From contig NC_043024.1 in the NCBI RefSeq assembly GCF_006345805.1, forward strand, positions 3,038,001-3,102,000: a stretch of 64,000 nucleotides of DNA, in the 5' to 3' direction. This document shows positions 1-12,471 of this stretch, one piece after another. A program made the position numbers and the translations under genes. Source of the stretch: Octopus sinensis (taxonomy: Eukaryota). The notes under the pieces were generated by a model. It was not told where the DNA came from. It ran no database searches and worked only from the letters and a program-made list of their open reading frames with translations. Each line of letters begins with the position of its first letter. Position 1 is the stretch's first letter.

Positions 1-101
1 ATTTCATTGAGCCAGTACTTATGTACCGAGTTTGATATTTACATAACATTGTTGTGTAGGTATATTATTCCAACCCAAGTACCTAATTCAACTAAATCTT
101 A

Positions 102-139
<38 letters not shown>

Positions 140-523
140 TGAGGGTACTACTATTCGTAGATACCAACATGCTAAGAGGGACCAATGCGGTCAAAACTGC
201 TAAAAATAAACAAAATTTTACCGAATGCAAAACTTCAAAACACATCATTTTAAAAAAGAATTCAGTTACATATCACATGTGATTTCGCATTTAAATGCAG
301 AATATGCATTTTATGTTCATCAGTGCAACAAACTCAAGATATATAAGAAAAAACATAACATTACAAGCTCGATAGCCAACCGTAGAATTCGTAGTAGCAT
401 GTACGAATGTTTATCTTTACATATCTATGAAAACGGCGGGCTTATTCGCAATGCATTTCGGTAACAAATTGTCTAGTCGGAATAAAAATTCAGTATTGAA
501 CTATTCCTATATATTCCTATATA

Positions 524-1395
524 TAGGCGCAGGAGTGGCTGTGTGGTAAGTAGCTTGCTAACCAACCACATGGTTCCAGGTTCAGTCTCACTGCGTGACA
601 TCTTGGGCAAGTGTCTTCTGCTATAGCCCCGGGCCGACCAATGCCTTGTGAGTGGATTTGGTAGACGGAAACTGAAAGAAGCCTGTTGTATATATGTATA
701 TAGGCGCTGGAGTGGCTGTGTGGTAAGTAGCTTGCTAACCAACCACATGGTTCCAGGTTCAGTCCCACTGCGTGGCATCTTGGGCAAGTGTCTTCTGCTA
801 TAGCCCAGGGCCGACCAATGCCTTGTGAGTGGATTTGGTAGACAGAAACTGAAAGAAGCCTGTTGTATATATGTATATAGGCGCTGGAGTGGCTGTGTGG
901 TAAGTAGCTTGCTAACCAACCACATGGTTCCAGGTTCAGTCTCACTGCGTGGCATCTTGGGCAAGTGTCTTCTGCTATAGCCCCGGGCCGACCAATGCCT
1001 TGTGAGTGGATTTGGTAGACAGAAACTGAAAGAAGCCTGTTGTATATATGTATATAGGCACAGGAGTGGCTGTGTGGTAAGTAACTTGCTAACCAACCAC
1101 ATGGTTCCAGGTTCAGTCTCACTGCGTGGCATCTTGGGCAAGTGTCTTCTGCTATAGCCCAGGGCCGACCAATGCCTTGTGAGTGGATTTGGTAGACGGA
1201 AACTGAAAGAAGCCTGTTGTATATATGTATATAGGCGCAGGAGTGGCTGTGTGGTAAGTAGCTTGCTAACCAACCACATGGTTCCAGGTTCAGTCCCACT
1301 GCGTGGCATCTTGGGCAAGTGTCTTCTGCTATAGCCCCGGGCCAACCAATGCCTTGTGAGTGGATTTGGTAGACGGAAACTGAAAGACGCCTGTC

Positions 1396-1400
<5 letters not shown>
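524..1400 (+). repeat. Tandem array of five 177-bp copies of the 5' half of a tRNA-derived SINE (family A)
   Basis: The unit ataggcgcaggagtggctgtgtggtaag...gaaactgaaagaagcc recurs at about 523, 700, 877, 1054 and 1231. The SINE tail follows at about 1635-1840. Confidence 0.95.
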
Positions 1401-1433
<33 letters not shown>

Positions 1434-1444
1434 CGGTAAGCTTT

Positions 1445-1609
1445 ATGAAAATAGACAAAAGACGAAGGCAGGTTTACGGAAATAAACAAAAGACGAAGGC
1501 AGGTGAAATACAAACAAACAATTGTATTAGTATGGCGCTCAGGAAATATAAATGAAACAAGTCTTTAACGTTTCGAGCCTACGCTCTTCAACAGAAAGAT
1601 ACATAGAGA

Positions 1610-1612
<3 letters not shown>
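1445..1612 (-). mobile_element. Penelope-like repeat fragment with a variant minimal hammerhead motif (1562-1599)
   Basis: Minus strand reads tcttt CTGTTGA a gagc gtag gctc GAAAC GTT aaaga. A second copy of the same repeat lies at about 61915-62045. Confidence 0.6.
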
Positions 1613-1643
<31 letters not shown>

Positions 1644-1837
1644 CTCTGTGTTTGTCCCCCTAGCATTGCTTGACAAACGATGCTGGTGTGTTTATGTCCC
1701 CGTCACTTAGCAGTTCGGCAAAAGAGACCGATAGAATAAGTACTGGGCTTACAAAGAATAAGTCCTGAGGTTGATTTGCTCGACTAAAGGCGGTGCTCCA
1801 GCATGGCTGCAGTCAAATGACTGAAACAAGTAAAAGA

Positions 1838-1889
<52 letters not shown>

Positions 1890-2284
1890 AACCAAAATTC
1901 ATAGTGTTCATATGAAATTTTGCAGAGATGGGCTTTAGATGGTGTAGATTGAAATTATTCTGATAAAAATTTTTGTTTGATTTTCTTTTTAAGAATTTCA
2001 GATTACATCCTGCACCCGACTCTGTTTCCTCAATATTTTCAATAAAATATGTTTTTTTAAATTAAATTTTATGGGTGTTTCCTAATTTCCAAGGACTCAT
2101 GGAAGTGTCCATTTTCTGATAATTGATCCTGTTTGCAAAATAAAGAATTTTCTGAAGAAATGAAGACGGGAGGGGGGACACAATATGTACGCATGTATGT
2201 ATTCTGGACCGATTTTGACCAATTTTTTTTTAGACTCTACACTTAAAATCCACGAGAGAAACCTTTTTGGTTAAAAAAAAAATT

Positions 2285-2675
2285 ACTCTTTTTACTCTTT
2301 TACTTGTTTCAGTCATTTGACTGCAGCCATGCTGGAGCACCGCCTTTAGTCGAGCAAATCGACCCCGGGACTTATTCTTTGTAAGCCCAGTACTTATTCT
2401 ATCGGTCTCTTTTGCCGAACCGCTAAGTGACGGGGATGTAAACACACCAGCATCGGTTGTCAAGCAATGCTAGGGGGACAAACACAGACACACACACATA
2501 AATATATATATACATATATACGACAGGCTTCTTTCAGTTTCCGTCTACCAAATCCACTCACAAGGCATTGGTCGACCCGGGGCTATAGCAGAAGACACTT
2601 GCCCAAGATGCCACACAGTGGGACTGAACCCGGAACCATGTGGTTGGTTAGCAAGCTACTTACCACACAGCCACG
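2285..2675 (-). mobile_element. SINE family A, representative near-full copy
   Basis: Head has A/B-box-like motifs, a central cttgggcaag CORE-like motif and a (gagtaaaa)n tail. Other copies at about 5895-6305(+), 12935-13340(-), 15003-15395(+), 16245-16610(-), 21297-21720(+), 25854-26277(+), 28608-29070(+), 45850-46428(-), 51237-52940(+), 52990-53480(-), 57690-58090(-), 59040-59490(-), 62500-63062(-). Confidence 0.9.
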
Positions 2676-2758
2676 AGGAAAAAGTGTAATTTAAAGGAAA
2701 TTTAGCTATTGTTTCTAGCATATTCCAAGACTACCCTCCTCATTTCTTTCTCACATTA

Positions 2759-3594
2759 CTACTAGCGAACAGTGGTCCCAGTGCGCGCACTCGCGCTAGC
2801 TAGTCGTAAGTAGTCGATCCTACAACGACTTTTTAACCCTAACCTTAGTTTGTTTATAAAAATAATTTCTTTGCTTAGTTTTAAAAAATTATTTACTTTG
2901 CGTTTTATTTACTTTGTTCGAAAAATATTCTTTAATTTGTGTAAAAAAAATTTGGCAATCTTTCGTCTCTAGTAGACCTTTCCGTCGATTTCCGTAAAAA
3001 ACTTTTTTTTTTACATATGGGCTTGCGGGAACTTTTGAAGTAATGAGAGAGAAAGAGACTAAGAGAAAGCGATTGTATGACGAGGGAAGTTCTTTTGAAG
3101 TTACCCTGCATGGGAAGCATTGATGTACATGTGTGTGTGTTTGATGAGGTGTGGGAGACAGACAGTACGTTGTGTAAGTGAAGTGCTTCTGTTAGTGTGT
3201 GTGAAAGAGACAGAGAGAGTAATGTGTGAAAGAAAGAGATAACTGAAATTTTTTACTCGGTGTATGTGTATATGTATGTATATTACTTCAAAAGTTCCCG
3301 CAAGCCCATATGTAAAAAAAAAAATTGTTTTACGGAAATCGACGGAAAGGTCTACTAGAGACGAAAGATCGCCAAAAAAAATTATATACATTGTTTTAAA
3401 AAATAATTTATTTGCTTAGTTTTAAAAAATTATTAACTTTGCGTTTTATTTACTTTGTTCGAAAAATATTCTTTAATTTTCTTTGATATGTTATTCAGCC
3501 TTGGAATACAAACATAGGCGCAAGTCGTTGTAGGAACGACTACTTACGACTAGCTAGCGCGAGTGCGCGCACCGGGACCACTGTTCGCAAGTAG
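2759..3594. mobile_element. Non-autonomous TIR element (about 70-bp TIRs, TA flanks) with a nested MITE
   Basis: ctactagcgaacagtggtcccagtgcgcgcactcgcgctagc... is matched in reverse complement at about 3521-3594, with TA on both sides. Confidence 0.85.
2954..3373. mobile_element. MITE with GGC(A/G)ATCTTTCGTCTCTAGTAGACC termini
   Basis: Long terminal inverted repeats. Same family as 4534-5109 but in the opposite orientation. Confidence 0.85.
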
Positions 3595-3683
3595 TACCAG
3601 AATCGATTACTCATTAGTTGGTGATTAAAGCATATTTAAACTGGGCGTAACTTCGGTATAGGTACCGGATACATTTCAAGAAA

Positions 3684-3718
<35 letters not shown>

Positions 3719-3781
3719 TTTATAGAAGGAGCTTCTACAGGACTAGAACTGTTTCATTCAACCCCGACTCAACCCGGGACC

Positions 3782-3816
<35 letters not shown>

Positions 3817-4533
3817 GGTTAGGGTTAGGGTTAAGGGTGGGAGAAAAGGGTTTCTGTTTTTTTTTTTCAGAAATATAAACAAAGCCACTTACGGTACGTA
3901 TACCGAAGGATCGCATTAAACTGTCCTGTAAAGTAAAGCCCGCCCAACCAATTAACTAATTAACGTAATTTTTGTGAAGGAAATATTTAGTTATCCAGGT
4001 GATTCGAGCACCGACCTCGATGCCTCATATCGGTCGCTTTAAGTTATCAAAAAACATCAACGTTCACCTTATCATGAGTTAATTACTACACATAATGCAA
4101 TTAAATTACCTGAGATGCTCCAACGATGGCCAGGCCGTTGACTAATTGCTTCTAGCCTCAATGATATTACCGGTGACAGGAGCTAAATGTCTCTGACATA
4201 ATCTAAGATCAGTCACAAAGACATTTATATGAGTTTATTCTGTCGTTTATACGAAGTCGGTGATAAATGAAATACATCACAGAGCAAAATAATTATTTAT
4301 TTAAATAAATGCTCGTAAATGTGGGGGGAAAAGCCCCCCAAAAAACACAGCGTAATTCAAATTGTGAAGGGCAATGTTGCAGAGTATCAAAAGAAAAAGT
4401 TAACTTGGCTTTTTCCTGAAACGAATAAATTCATAAAAAAATCAAAAAACTCGTCTCGTCCTTTCGTTGTCATGTAATGATTTTTAAAATTAAAATGGAT
4501 TTGGATTTCTGTGTTCTGAATGTTAGAATTTTT

Positions 4534-5109
4534 GGCGATCTTTCGTCTCTAGTAGACCTGTCCGTCGAATTCCGTAAAAATTTTTTTTTTTTACATATGG
4601 GCTTGCGGGAACTTTTGAAGTAATATACATACATATACACATACACGGAGTAAAAAAATTCAGTTATCTCTTTCTTTCACACATTACTCTGTCTCTTCAC
4701 ACACACTAACAGAAGCACTTCACTTACACAACATACTGTCTGTCTCCCACACCCCATCAAACACACACATGTCCATCAATGCTCCCATGCAGGGTAACTT
4801 CAAAAGAACTTCCCTCGTCATACAATCGCTTTCTCTTAGTCTCTTTCGCTCTCATTACTTCAAAAGTTCCCGCAAGCCCATATGTAAAAAAGAAAAAAAT
4901 TTTTTACGGAAATCGGCGGAAAGGTCTACTAGAGACGAAAGATTGCCCATGCACGGTAACTTCAAAAGAACTTCCCTCGTCATACAATCGCTTTCTCTTA
5001 GTCTCTTTCGCTCTCATTACTTCAAAAGTTCCCGCAAGCCCATATGTAAAAAAGAAAAAAATTTTTTACGGAAATCGGCGGAAAGGTCTACTAGAGACGA
5101 AAGATTGCC
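4534..5109. mobile_element. MITE with a perfect 8-bp TSD and an internal tandem duplication of its right end
   Basis: TSD gaattttt at 4526-4533 and 5110-5117. The right-end unit of about 160 bp is duplicated. Confidence 0.9.
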
Positions 5110-5298
5110 GAATTTTTTTGTGGGTGTAATTCCAAGGTTGAAAAAATATAATTCTGAAAAAAAAAAGAACAAAAAAAACGAAAGAAAAAAATTTTTTAAC
5201 TTCAGTTTAGAAAAAATATCGTTCCCCGTTCCCCTTTTTCTCTGCTTTTGGAATAAAAACTTGCAAGTTACCGAAAGATTTTGCCACTACTTTAATAG

Positions 5299-5679
5299 GA
5301 GCACTCCGTCGGTTGCGACGATGAGGGTCCCAGCTGATACGATCAACGGAACAGCTTGCTCGTGATATTAACGTGCAAGTGGCTGAGCACTCCACAGACA
5401 CGTGCACCCTTAACGTAGTTCTCGGGGATATTCAGCGTGACACAGAGAGTGACAAGGCCGGCCCTTTGAAATACAGGTACAACAGAAACAGGAAGTAAGA
5501 GTGAGAGAAAGTTGTGGTGAAAGAGTACAGCAGGGATCACCACCATCCCCTGCCGGAGCCTCGTGGAGCTTTTAGGTGTTTTCGCTCAATAAACACTCAC
5601 AACGCCCGGTCTGGGAATCGAAACCGCGATCCTATGACCGCGAGTTCGCTGCCCTAACCACTGGGCCATTGCGCCTCCA
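5299..5679 (-). mobile_element. tRNA-derived SINE family B (head ggaggcgcaatggcccagtggttagggcagcgg)
   Basis: TSD ccactactttaata. Other copies at 6808-7190(-, TSD tggataaaattat), 9239-9547(-, different central domain), 9749-10135(+), 33246-33630(+), 42236-42800(+, duplicated tail). Confidence 0.9.
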
Positions 5680-7734
5680 CCACTACTTTAATACAGAGGT
5701 CCCAATGGCGAAATTTTTCCCACGAGAGTTCCGGACCCCAGTAACGAGCTCATTTGCATACAGCCAATCAGAGCTCACCTTGACCTTGTGAGTTAACAAA
5801 CACGCTCTACCAAGTAAACTCAAGACGAAAAACGGGGTTGGAAGTCGACCGATCGCCCCCAAGTTAAGCCTGGTTTTAGAAAGAGACAAGTATATAGGCG
5901 CAGGAGTGGCTGTGTGGTAAGTAGCTTGCTAACCAACCACATGGTTCCGGGTTCAGTCCCACTGCATGGCATCTTGGGCAAGTGTCTTCTGCTATAGCCC
6001 CGGGCCGACCAATGCCTTGTGAGTGGATTTGGTAGACGGAAACTGAAAGAAGCCCGTCGTATATATGTATATATATATAAGTGTGTGTGTATATGTTTGT
6101 GTGTCTGTGTTTGTCCCCCTAGCATTGCTTGACAACCGATGCTGGTGTGTTTACGTCCCCGTCACTTAGCGGTTCGGCAAAAGAGACCGATAAAATAAGT
6201 ACTGGGCTTACAAAAGAATAAGTCCCGTGGTCGATTTGCTCGACTAAAGGCGGTGCTCCAGCATGGCCGCAGTCAAATGACTGAAACAAGTAAAAGAGTA
6301 AAAGAGAGTAAGTAATTAGATAGGTTTGCATCTGTACCTGTTATCGGGTTTTTGTTAGGGCCCCATGTGATAAAGATGCGGATTGGGAAAATGCGGGTAG
6401 AGGGTGATGTGCTGGCAAACCCTCGCCCCTTGCTGTTTTACAAATTAAACAACACAAATAACTACGCAGAGGCAGCCATGGTTGGAAAAAGAACAACAAG
6501 CATAATTAAAAGAGAAAAGAAACATGGTCATTCCTTACCCAAGTGACCTTTTCTTATCGCCCATCACTCGTTATGCGCTCATAAATTAGCTTGATAATTG
6601 AGCTCTGACTGGCTGTATGCAAATGATTTCCTAACTGGGCTCCGGAACTCTCGTGGAAAAAGAAATTTCGCATCCCGATGCATCTACGTAACTTAATGCG
6701 AATTTTATCCGAGACCTTTTTTTTGTTCATGTTTCGAGGTGTATCAGTTATTTTGTTGGGCGATATTTTCCGTTTTATTGTGGGTTGGATAAAATTATTA
6801 TTTTTTTTTGAAGCACTCCGTCGGTTACGACGATGAGGGTTCCGGTTGATCCGAATCAACGGAACAGCCTGCTCGTGAAATTAACGTGTAAGTGGCTGAG
6901 CACTCCACAGACACGTGTACCCTTAACGTAGTTCTCGGGGATATTCAGCATGACACAGAGAGTGACAAGGCCGGCCCTTTGAAATACAGGTACAACAGAA
7001 ACAGGAAGTAAGAGTGAGAGAAAGTTGTGGTGAAAGAGTACAGCAGGGATCACCACCATCCCTGCCGGAGCCTCGTGGAGCTTTAGGTGTTTTCGCTCAA
7101 TAAACACTCACAACGCCCGGTCTGGGAATCGAAACCGCGATCCTACGACCGCGAGTCCGCTGCCCTAACCACTGGGCCATTGCGCCTCCACTGGATAAAA
7201 TTATAAGACCAAAATGAATGAAGCTTTTTTTTTTTTGAATGCATAAATTATTAGGGGACATTTAACGTCCGTCACCGGTGTTATTCAGTAGAGGGAAAAT
7301 AGTGGACAGCACCGCCCACTTTCTATCTGATTTTTTTTAGTCCATCGATCTTTAAGTCGATCGTATAATCAATAACCATGATCGATAATACGTACAGGCA
7401 TTTCTACAGCTTTTAAGAATTCCTCTAGAATTAATATGGAGGGCGATAATCACCTGGACACTTCTAAATGTTATAAATCATTCTCTTTATACTCCCATGT
7501 TGTTGTTTACCATGTTCCTGGCTCATAGGACCAAATTCTGTGGATTATGTACTCCTCACCTTGATGGGATGCTGGTCCATTGCGGGATAGCTCATTTTTG
7601 CTAGCTGAGTGGACTGGAGCAAGGTGAAATGAAGTGTTGCCCGATCCAGGAATTGAACCCACAATCTTGTGATCATGAGTCCAACACCCTAACCATTAAC
7701 CCTTTCGTTACTACAGTTCTATATTTAAGAGATG

Positions 7735-7875
7735 TACATTATTTACATTTGACAGATATTTGTCCTCATCTTGTTTGTTGTTGACACAATGTTTCGGCTG
7801 ATATACCCTCCAGCCTTCATCAGGTGTCTTGGGGAAATTTTGAACCTGGGTTCTCATTCCTAAGGTATTTTTCCA

Positions 7876-7917
<42 letters not shown>

Positions 7918-8092
7918 GCTCACTGGCATATGGCATAGTGGTTAAGAGCACGGGCTACTAACCCCAAGATTCTGAGTTCGATTCCAGGCAGTGATCTGAA
8001 TAATAATAATAATAATATCAAGAAATACCTAAAGAATGAGGACCCAGGTTCGAAATTTCCCCAAGACACCTGATGAAGGTTGGAGGGTATAT
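7735..8092 (+). mobile_element. tRNA-headed SINE-like element (family D) with a Penelope-type hammerhead tail, preceded by an inverted tail copy
   Basis: A box tggcatagtgg and B box gttcgattcc at 7930-7985. Inverted hammerhead motif at 7783-7828(-). Direct tail is truncated at 8092. Confidence 0.75.
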
Positions 8093-8323
8093 GATCTATT
8101 TGGTCCTCCTTGCCTATCAATGACAACCACCAACATCTTGGCCAAAATCTTATAATCTCTGTTCAGCGGAGTTATGGGCCTAAAATGATCTATTTGGTCC
8201 TCCTTGCTGAAACTGGGGTCTATCTAATACACCTGTGCATATTCTATACCATCAAATCCTGAAAGTTTACAATTGTAATCTCATCTAAATACAGAATGGA
8301 CAAGAAAAGAAAATGGGCAATCT

Positions 8324-8838
8324 TACGGTTCTCGTATATTTTACATCAACTGACCACGTGTATTTGTTTATATATGATCGTCGATTTCCGTAAAAAACTT
8401 TTATTTCTTTACATTTATTTTGTTACATATGGGGTTGGGGGGGGGAATGGGATCTTTGGGGTTAGGGTTAGGGTTAGGGTCCTAACCCTAACCCCAAACC
8501 CAAACGCTAACCCTAACCCTAACCCCAAACCCTAACCCTAAACGTAACCCTAACCCTAACCCCAAACCCAAACGCTAACCCTAACCCTAACCCCAAACCC
8601 TAACCCTAAACGTAACCCTAACCCTAACTCCAAACCCAAACGCTAACCCTAACCCTAACCCCAAACCCTAACCCTAAACGTAACCCTAACCCCAACCCCA
8701 AACATCCCATTTCCCCCAACCCCATATGTAAAAAAATAAATGTAAAAAAATAAAAGTTTTTTATGGAAATCGACGATCAAGTATAAACAAATACACATGG
8801 TCAGTTGACGTAAAATATACTAGAACCATAAGATTGCC
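8324..8838. mobile_element. Palindromic MITE (about 130-bp TIRs) with an internal telomere-like TTAGGG/CCCTAA array
   Basis: Termini ggcaatcttacggttc...gaaccataagattgcc. Near-perfect 8-bp TSD agaaaatg/acaaaatg. A 68-bp higher-order repeat occurs about three times at 8495-8700. Confidence 0.85.
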
Positions 8839-10204
8839 ACAAAATGATATCAGTGAAAATTAATTAATCCTCATCATTTTAACATGCACTTTTCGTGCTT
8901 GCATGAGTCTGATGGAATTTGCAGGTTCGATTCCTGTAATATGTTATGTCCTTGAGTATTTCACATTGTCTGAAATGGGGTTAAAATAAAGGTCACTTGT
9001 TCAAGGTGCAGCACAGTAAGGTATTGATCCAGGAGCCACTAGGTAGCGACATGAACTTCTCGGCTAATACCTGCTCAGCTGTAGGTTCTCAATGGGATGT
9101 TTATAAAGTTATCAAATCAATTTGAACTTTAATCTCTCTCTCAGTTCTGCCAAAGAAATCAGTAAACATTTACAGATGTTATTATTTCACTTTCAGAAGT
9201 GGTTAAGTAAATAAAAGATATTACAACATGATCAATCTAGGAGCACTCCGTCGGTTACGACGACGCGGGTCCCAGCCTGCTCATGAAATTAACGTGCAAG
9301 TGACTGAGCAATCCACAGACACGCGTACCCCTAACGTGGTTCTCAGGGAGATTCAGCGTGACACAGAGTGTGACAAGGCCGGCCCTTTGAAATACAGGTA
9401 CTACTCATTTTTGCCAGCTGAGTGGACTGGAGCAATAAAGTGAAATAAAGGGTCTTGCTCAAGGACTCAACGCGTTGCCGGGAATCGAACTCACGACCTT
9501 ACAATCGCGAGCCGAATGCCCTAACCACTAAGCCATGCGCCTTCACAACCTGATCAATATGTTTGTTTAAACAAGCGCAAGTAATATTATAATTTTGGTT
9601 TAATTTTAACAGCTAATATTAAAAAAATGTGATAAGCATTTAAAAAAAACAGAAAAAAAAACTGACTACAATTATGATGAGCAGTGAAAATATTGAGAGA
9701 ACTTGTGTTTTGTTTTAATGGTGAAATCTCTCTGGATTACATCAGCTTAGGAGGCGCAATGGCCCAGTGGTTAGGGCAGTGGACTCACCGTCGTAGGATC
9801 GCGGTTTCGATTCCCAGACCGGGCGTTGTGAGTGTTTATTGAGCGAAAACACCTAAAAGCTCCACGTGGCTCCGGCAGGGGATGGTGGTGATCCCTGCTG
9901 TACTCTTTCACCACAACTTTCTCTCACTCTTACTTCCTGTTTCTGTTGTACCTGTATTTCAAAGGGCCGGCCTTGTCACTCTCTGTGTCACGCTGAATAT
10001 CCCTGAGAACTACGTTAAGGGTACACGTGTCTGCGGAGTGCTCAGCCACTTACACGTTAATTTCACGAGCAAGCTGTTCCGTTGATTCGGATCAACCGGA
10101 ACCCTCGTCGTCGTAACCGACAGAGTGCATCCATCCACATCAGCTTAGACTAATGTGATACTAGTGTGCGGCCACTCAGAGATATAGCAAAGAATTTATA
10201 ATAA

Positions 10205-10975
10205 TCCTTTCTGCTATAGGCACAAGGCTTGAAATTTTGGGGGAGGGGACTATTCGATTACATTGACCCCAGTGTTTCACTGGTACTTAATTTATCGACC
10301 CTGAAAGGATGAAAGGCAAAGTCGACCTCAGTGGAATTTGAACTCAGAACATAGCGACGGGTGAAATACCTATTTCTTTACTACCCACAAGGGGCTAAAC
10401 ACAGAGAGGACAAACAAGGACAGAAAGACGGATTAAGTCGATTAGATTGACCCCAGTGCGTAACTGGTACTTTTTTAATCGACCCCGAAAGGATGAAAGG
10501 CAAAGTTGACCTCGGCGGAATTTGAACTTAGAACATAGCTACGGGTGAAATACCTATTTCTTTACTACCCACAAGGGGCTGAACATAGAGAGGACAAACA
10601 AGGACAGAAAAATGGATTAAGTCGATTAGATCGACCCCAGTGCGTAACTGGCACTTTTTTAATCGACCCCGAAAGGATGAAAGGCAAAGTTGACCTCGGC
10701 GGAATTTGAACTTAGAACATAGCTACGGGTGAAATACCTATTTCTTTACTACCCACAAGGGGCTAAACACAGAGGAGACAAACAAGGACAGAAAAATGGA
10801 TTAAGTCGATTAGATCGACCCCAGTGCGTAACTGGTACTTTTTTAATCGACCCCGAAAGGATGAAAGGCAAAGTCGACCTCGGCGGAATTTGAACTCACA
10901 ACGTAGCGGCAGACGAAATACCGCTAAGCATTTCGCCCGACACGCTAACGTTTCTGCCAGCTCGCCGCCTTAACC
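10205..10975 (-). mobile_element. SINE family C (head aaggcggcgagctggcagaaacgttagc) with about four internal tandem units of about 185 bp
   Basis: The unit gaccccagtgcgtaactggtac...gattaagtcgattag repeats. Other copies at 14355-14945(-), 18938-19160(+), 24753-24975(+). Confidence 0.85.
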
Positions 10976-11417
10976 TGCTCGCCCCGCTAAGTATTTCACC
11001 CGGCGTGCCAACGTTTATGCCAGCTCGCCGCCTTATCAATGACAACCACCAACCTCTTGGCTAATATCTTGGCCAAAATCTTATAATCTGTGTTCAGCAG
11101 AGTTACGGGCCTAAAATGATCTATTTGGTCCTCCTTGTTTGGCTCCTTTCTCAGCATACTTGTTCCTCCTTGTTCAGATTCTCTCTCAGTAGCACCACCA
11201 CACTACAGCTCACCTTACCTCCTATGTCTTTCAGCAAACCTGGCTTCGCCATGTATTTAAAAAAAATTAAATTTGAGACAATTATTTTGAGATTACAGTC
11301 CTCGCTAACAACCCAAAACTCAGAACGTAGCGGTAGACTGAAAATACAGGATTCAGAATATTTCAATATTGATTGAGTTGAAGGTGGTTCTGTCTCTAAA
11401 ACTACTTTTTTTTAATA

Positions 11418-11557
11418 TTAGGTTGTCCCGAAAGTTCGTAAACACTTGCGAAAATTGAATTTTACTCGCCAAGTACTAACAAAAACAACAAAAATTATTC
11501 CTCAAAATAAAGACCATTATTTTCCAAGACTTTCTACGAACTTTTGGGACAACCTTA
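11418..11557. mobile_element. Mariner-type MITE (140 bp)
   Basis: TIRs ttaggttgtcccgaaagttcgta / tacgaacttttgggacaacctta with TA on both sides. The TIR resembles the 3' TIR of the mariner remnant at about 29615-29641. Confidence 0.85.
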
Positions 11558-11569
11558 TATAAGGCTACC

Positions 11570-11895
11570 TGGCCTCTGTGTCTGTGGCATGTAAAAGACA
11601 CCATTCAAGCGTGATCGTTACCAGCATCGCTTTACTGGCACCTGTGCTGGTGGTATGTATAAAAGATTCGAGCGAGGTCATTGCCAGTACCGCCTGACTG
11701 GCCCCATGCTGGTGGCACGTAAAAGCACCCACTACACTCTCGGAGTGGTTGGCGTTAGGAAGGCCATCCAGCTGTAGAAACACTGCCAGATCAAGATTGA
11801 AGCCTGGTGCAGCCATCTAGTTCGCCAGCCCTCAGTCAAATCGTCCAACCCATGCTAGCATGGAAAGCGGACGTTAAACGATGATGTTGATGATG
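11570..11895 (+). mobile_element. RTE LINE 3' UTR fragment with a (GAT)n tail
   Basis: Matches the 3' UTR attached to the RTE at 35140-37723. Other fragments at about 39715-40010, 58385-58665, 60005-60480, 63340-63640. Confidence 0.75.
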
Positions 11896-12242
11896 ACATA
11901 CACACACTATGGCTGTCCCCTCGTTATCGAGTTTGGCCATTGCACGAAGCTTAACTGTTACTGGTGCTGTGATCGAATGTGACTTTTTAGCCCAGCTAAA
12001 GATCTACAATGTCTTGTACAGAATTGGCAGCTAAAACCTTTACCGGTAAAAAGCCGGCTGAATTTGTAACTGGGCTTCATGTACCTTTGCATGTCGTTTA
12101 AGTCCTCCTGCCGAATTACTACTCTCTTCCACATGCCCACATATATATACACATACATACATATAAATTCACTCTATAATTGCACACGGGTATATAGTGT
12201 AATGGTTAAGAGTGTGGGTTACTAACCCCAAGATTGCGAGTT

Positions 12243-12293
<51 letters not shown>

Positions 12294-12471
12294 ATATCTA
12301 TCTATCTATCTATATCTCTCTCTCTCTCCATATATATATACATACACACGCATATATGTATAAAATGGACAAGTTCACATAAAACCCGTGTGTGCCATTT
12401 GACTGGCGGCTTTTAATTAATTAAACACATGGACAGCATTTGCTGTATATTGATTAGGAGTTCAATACATG

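Noticed and set aside
473-1458. 290-aa and 313-aa ORFs with internal repeats
   Set aside because: They are translations of the 177-bp (59-codon) SINE array; the same peptides recur at every family A copy.
4108-4190. Possible minus-strand exon with a CAG|GTAATT donor
   Set aside because: No recognisable product and no phase-compatible partner exons found.
7925-8000. tRNA genes at SINE heads (also families A, B and C)
   Set aside because: They have A/B boxes but lack a complete acceptor stem and continue into repeat bodies, so they are SINE heads.
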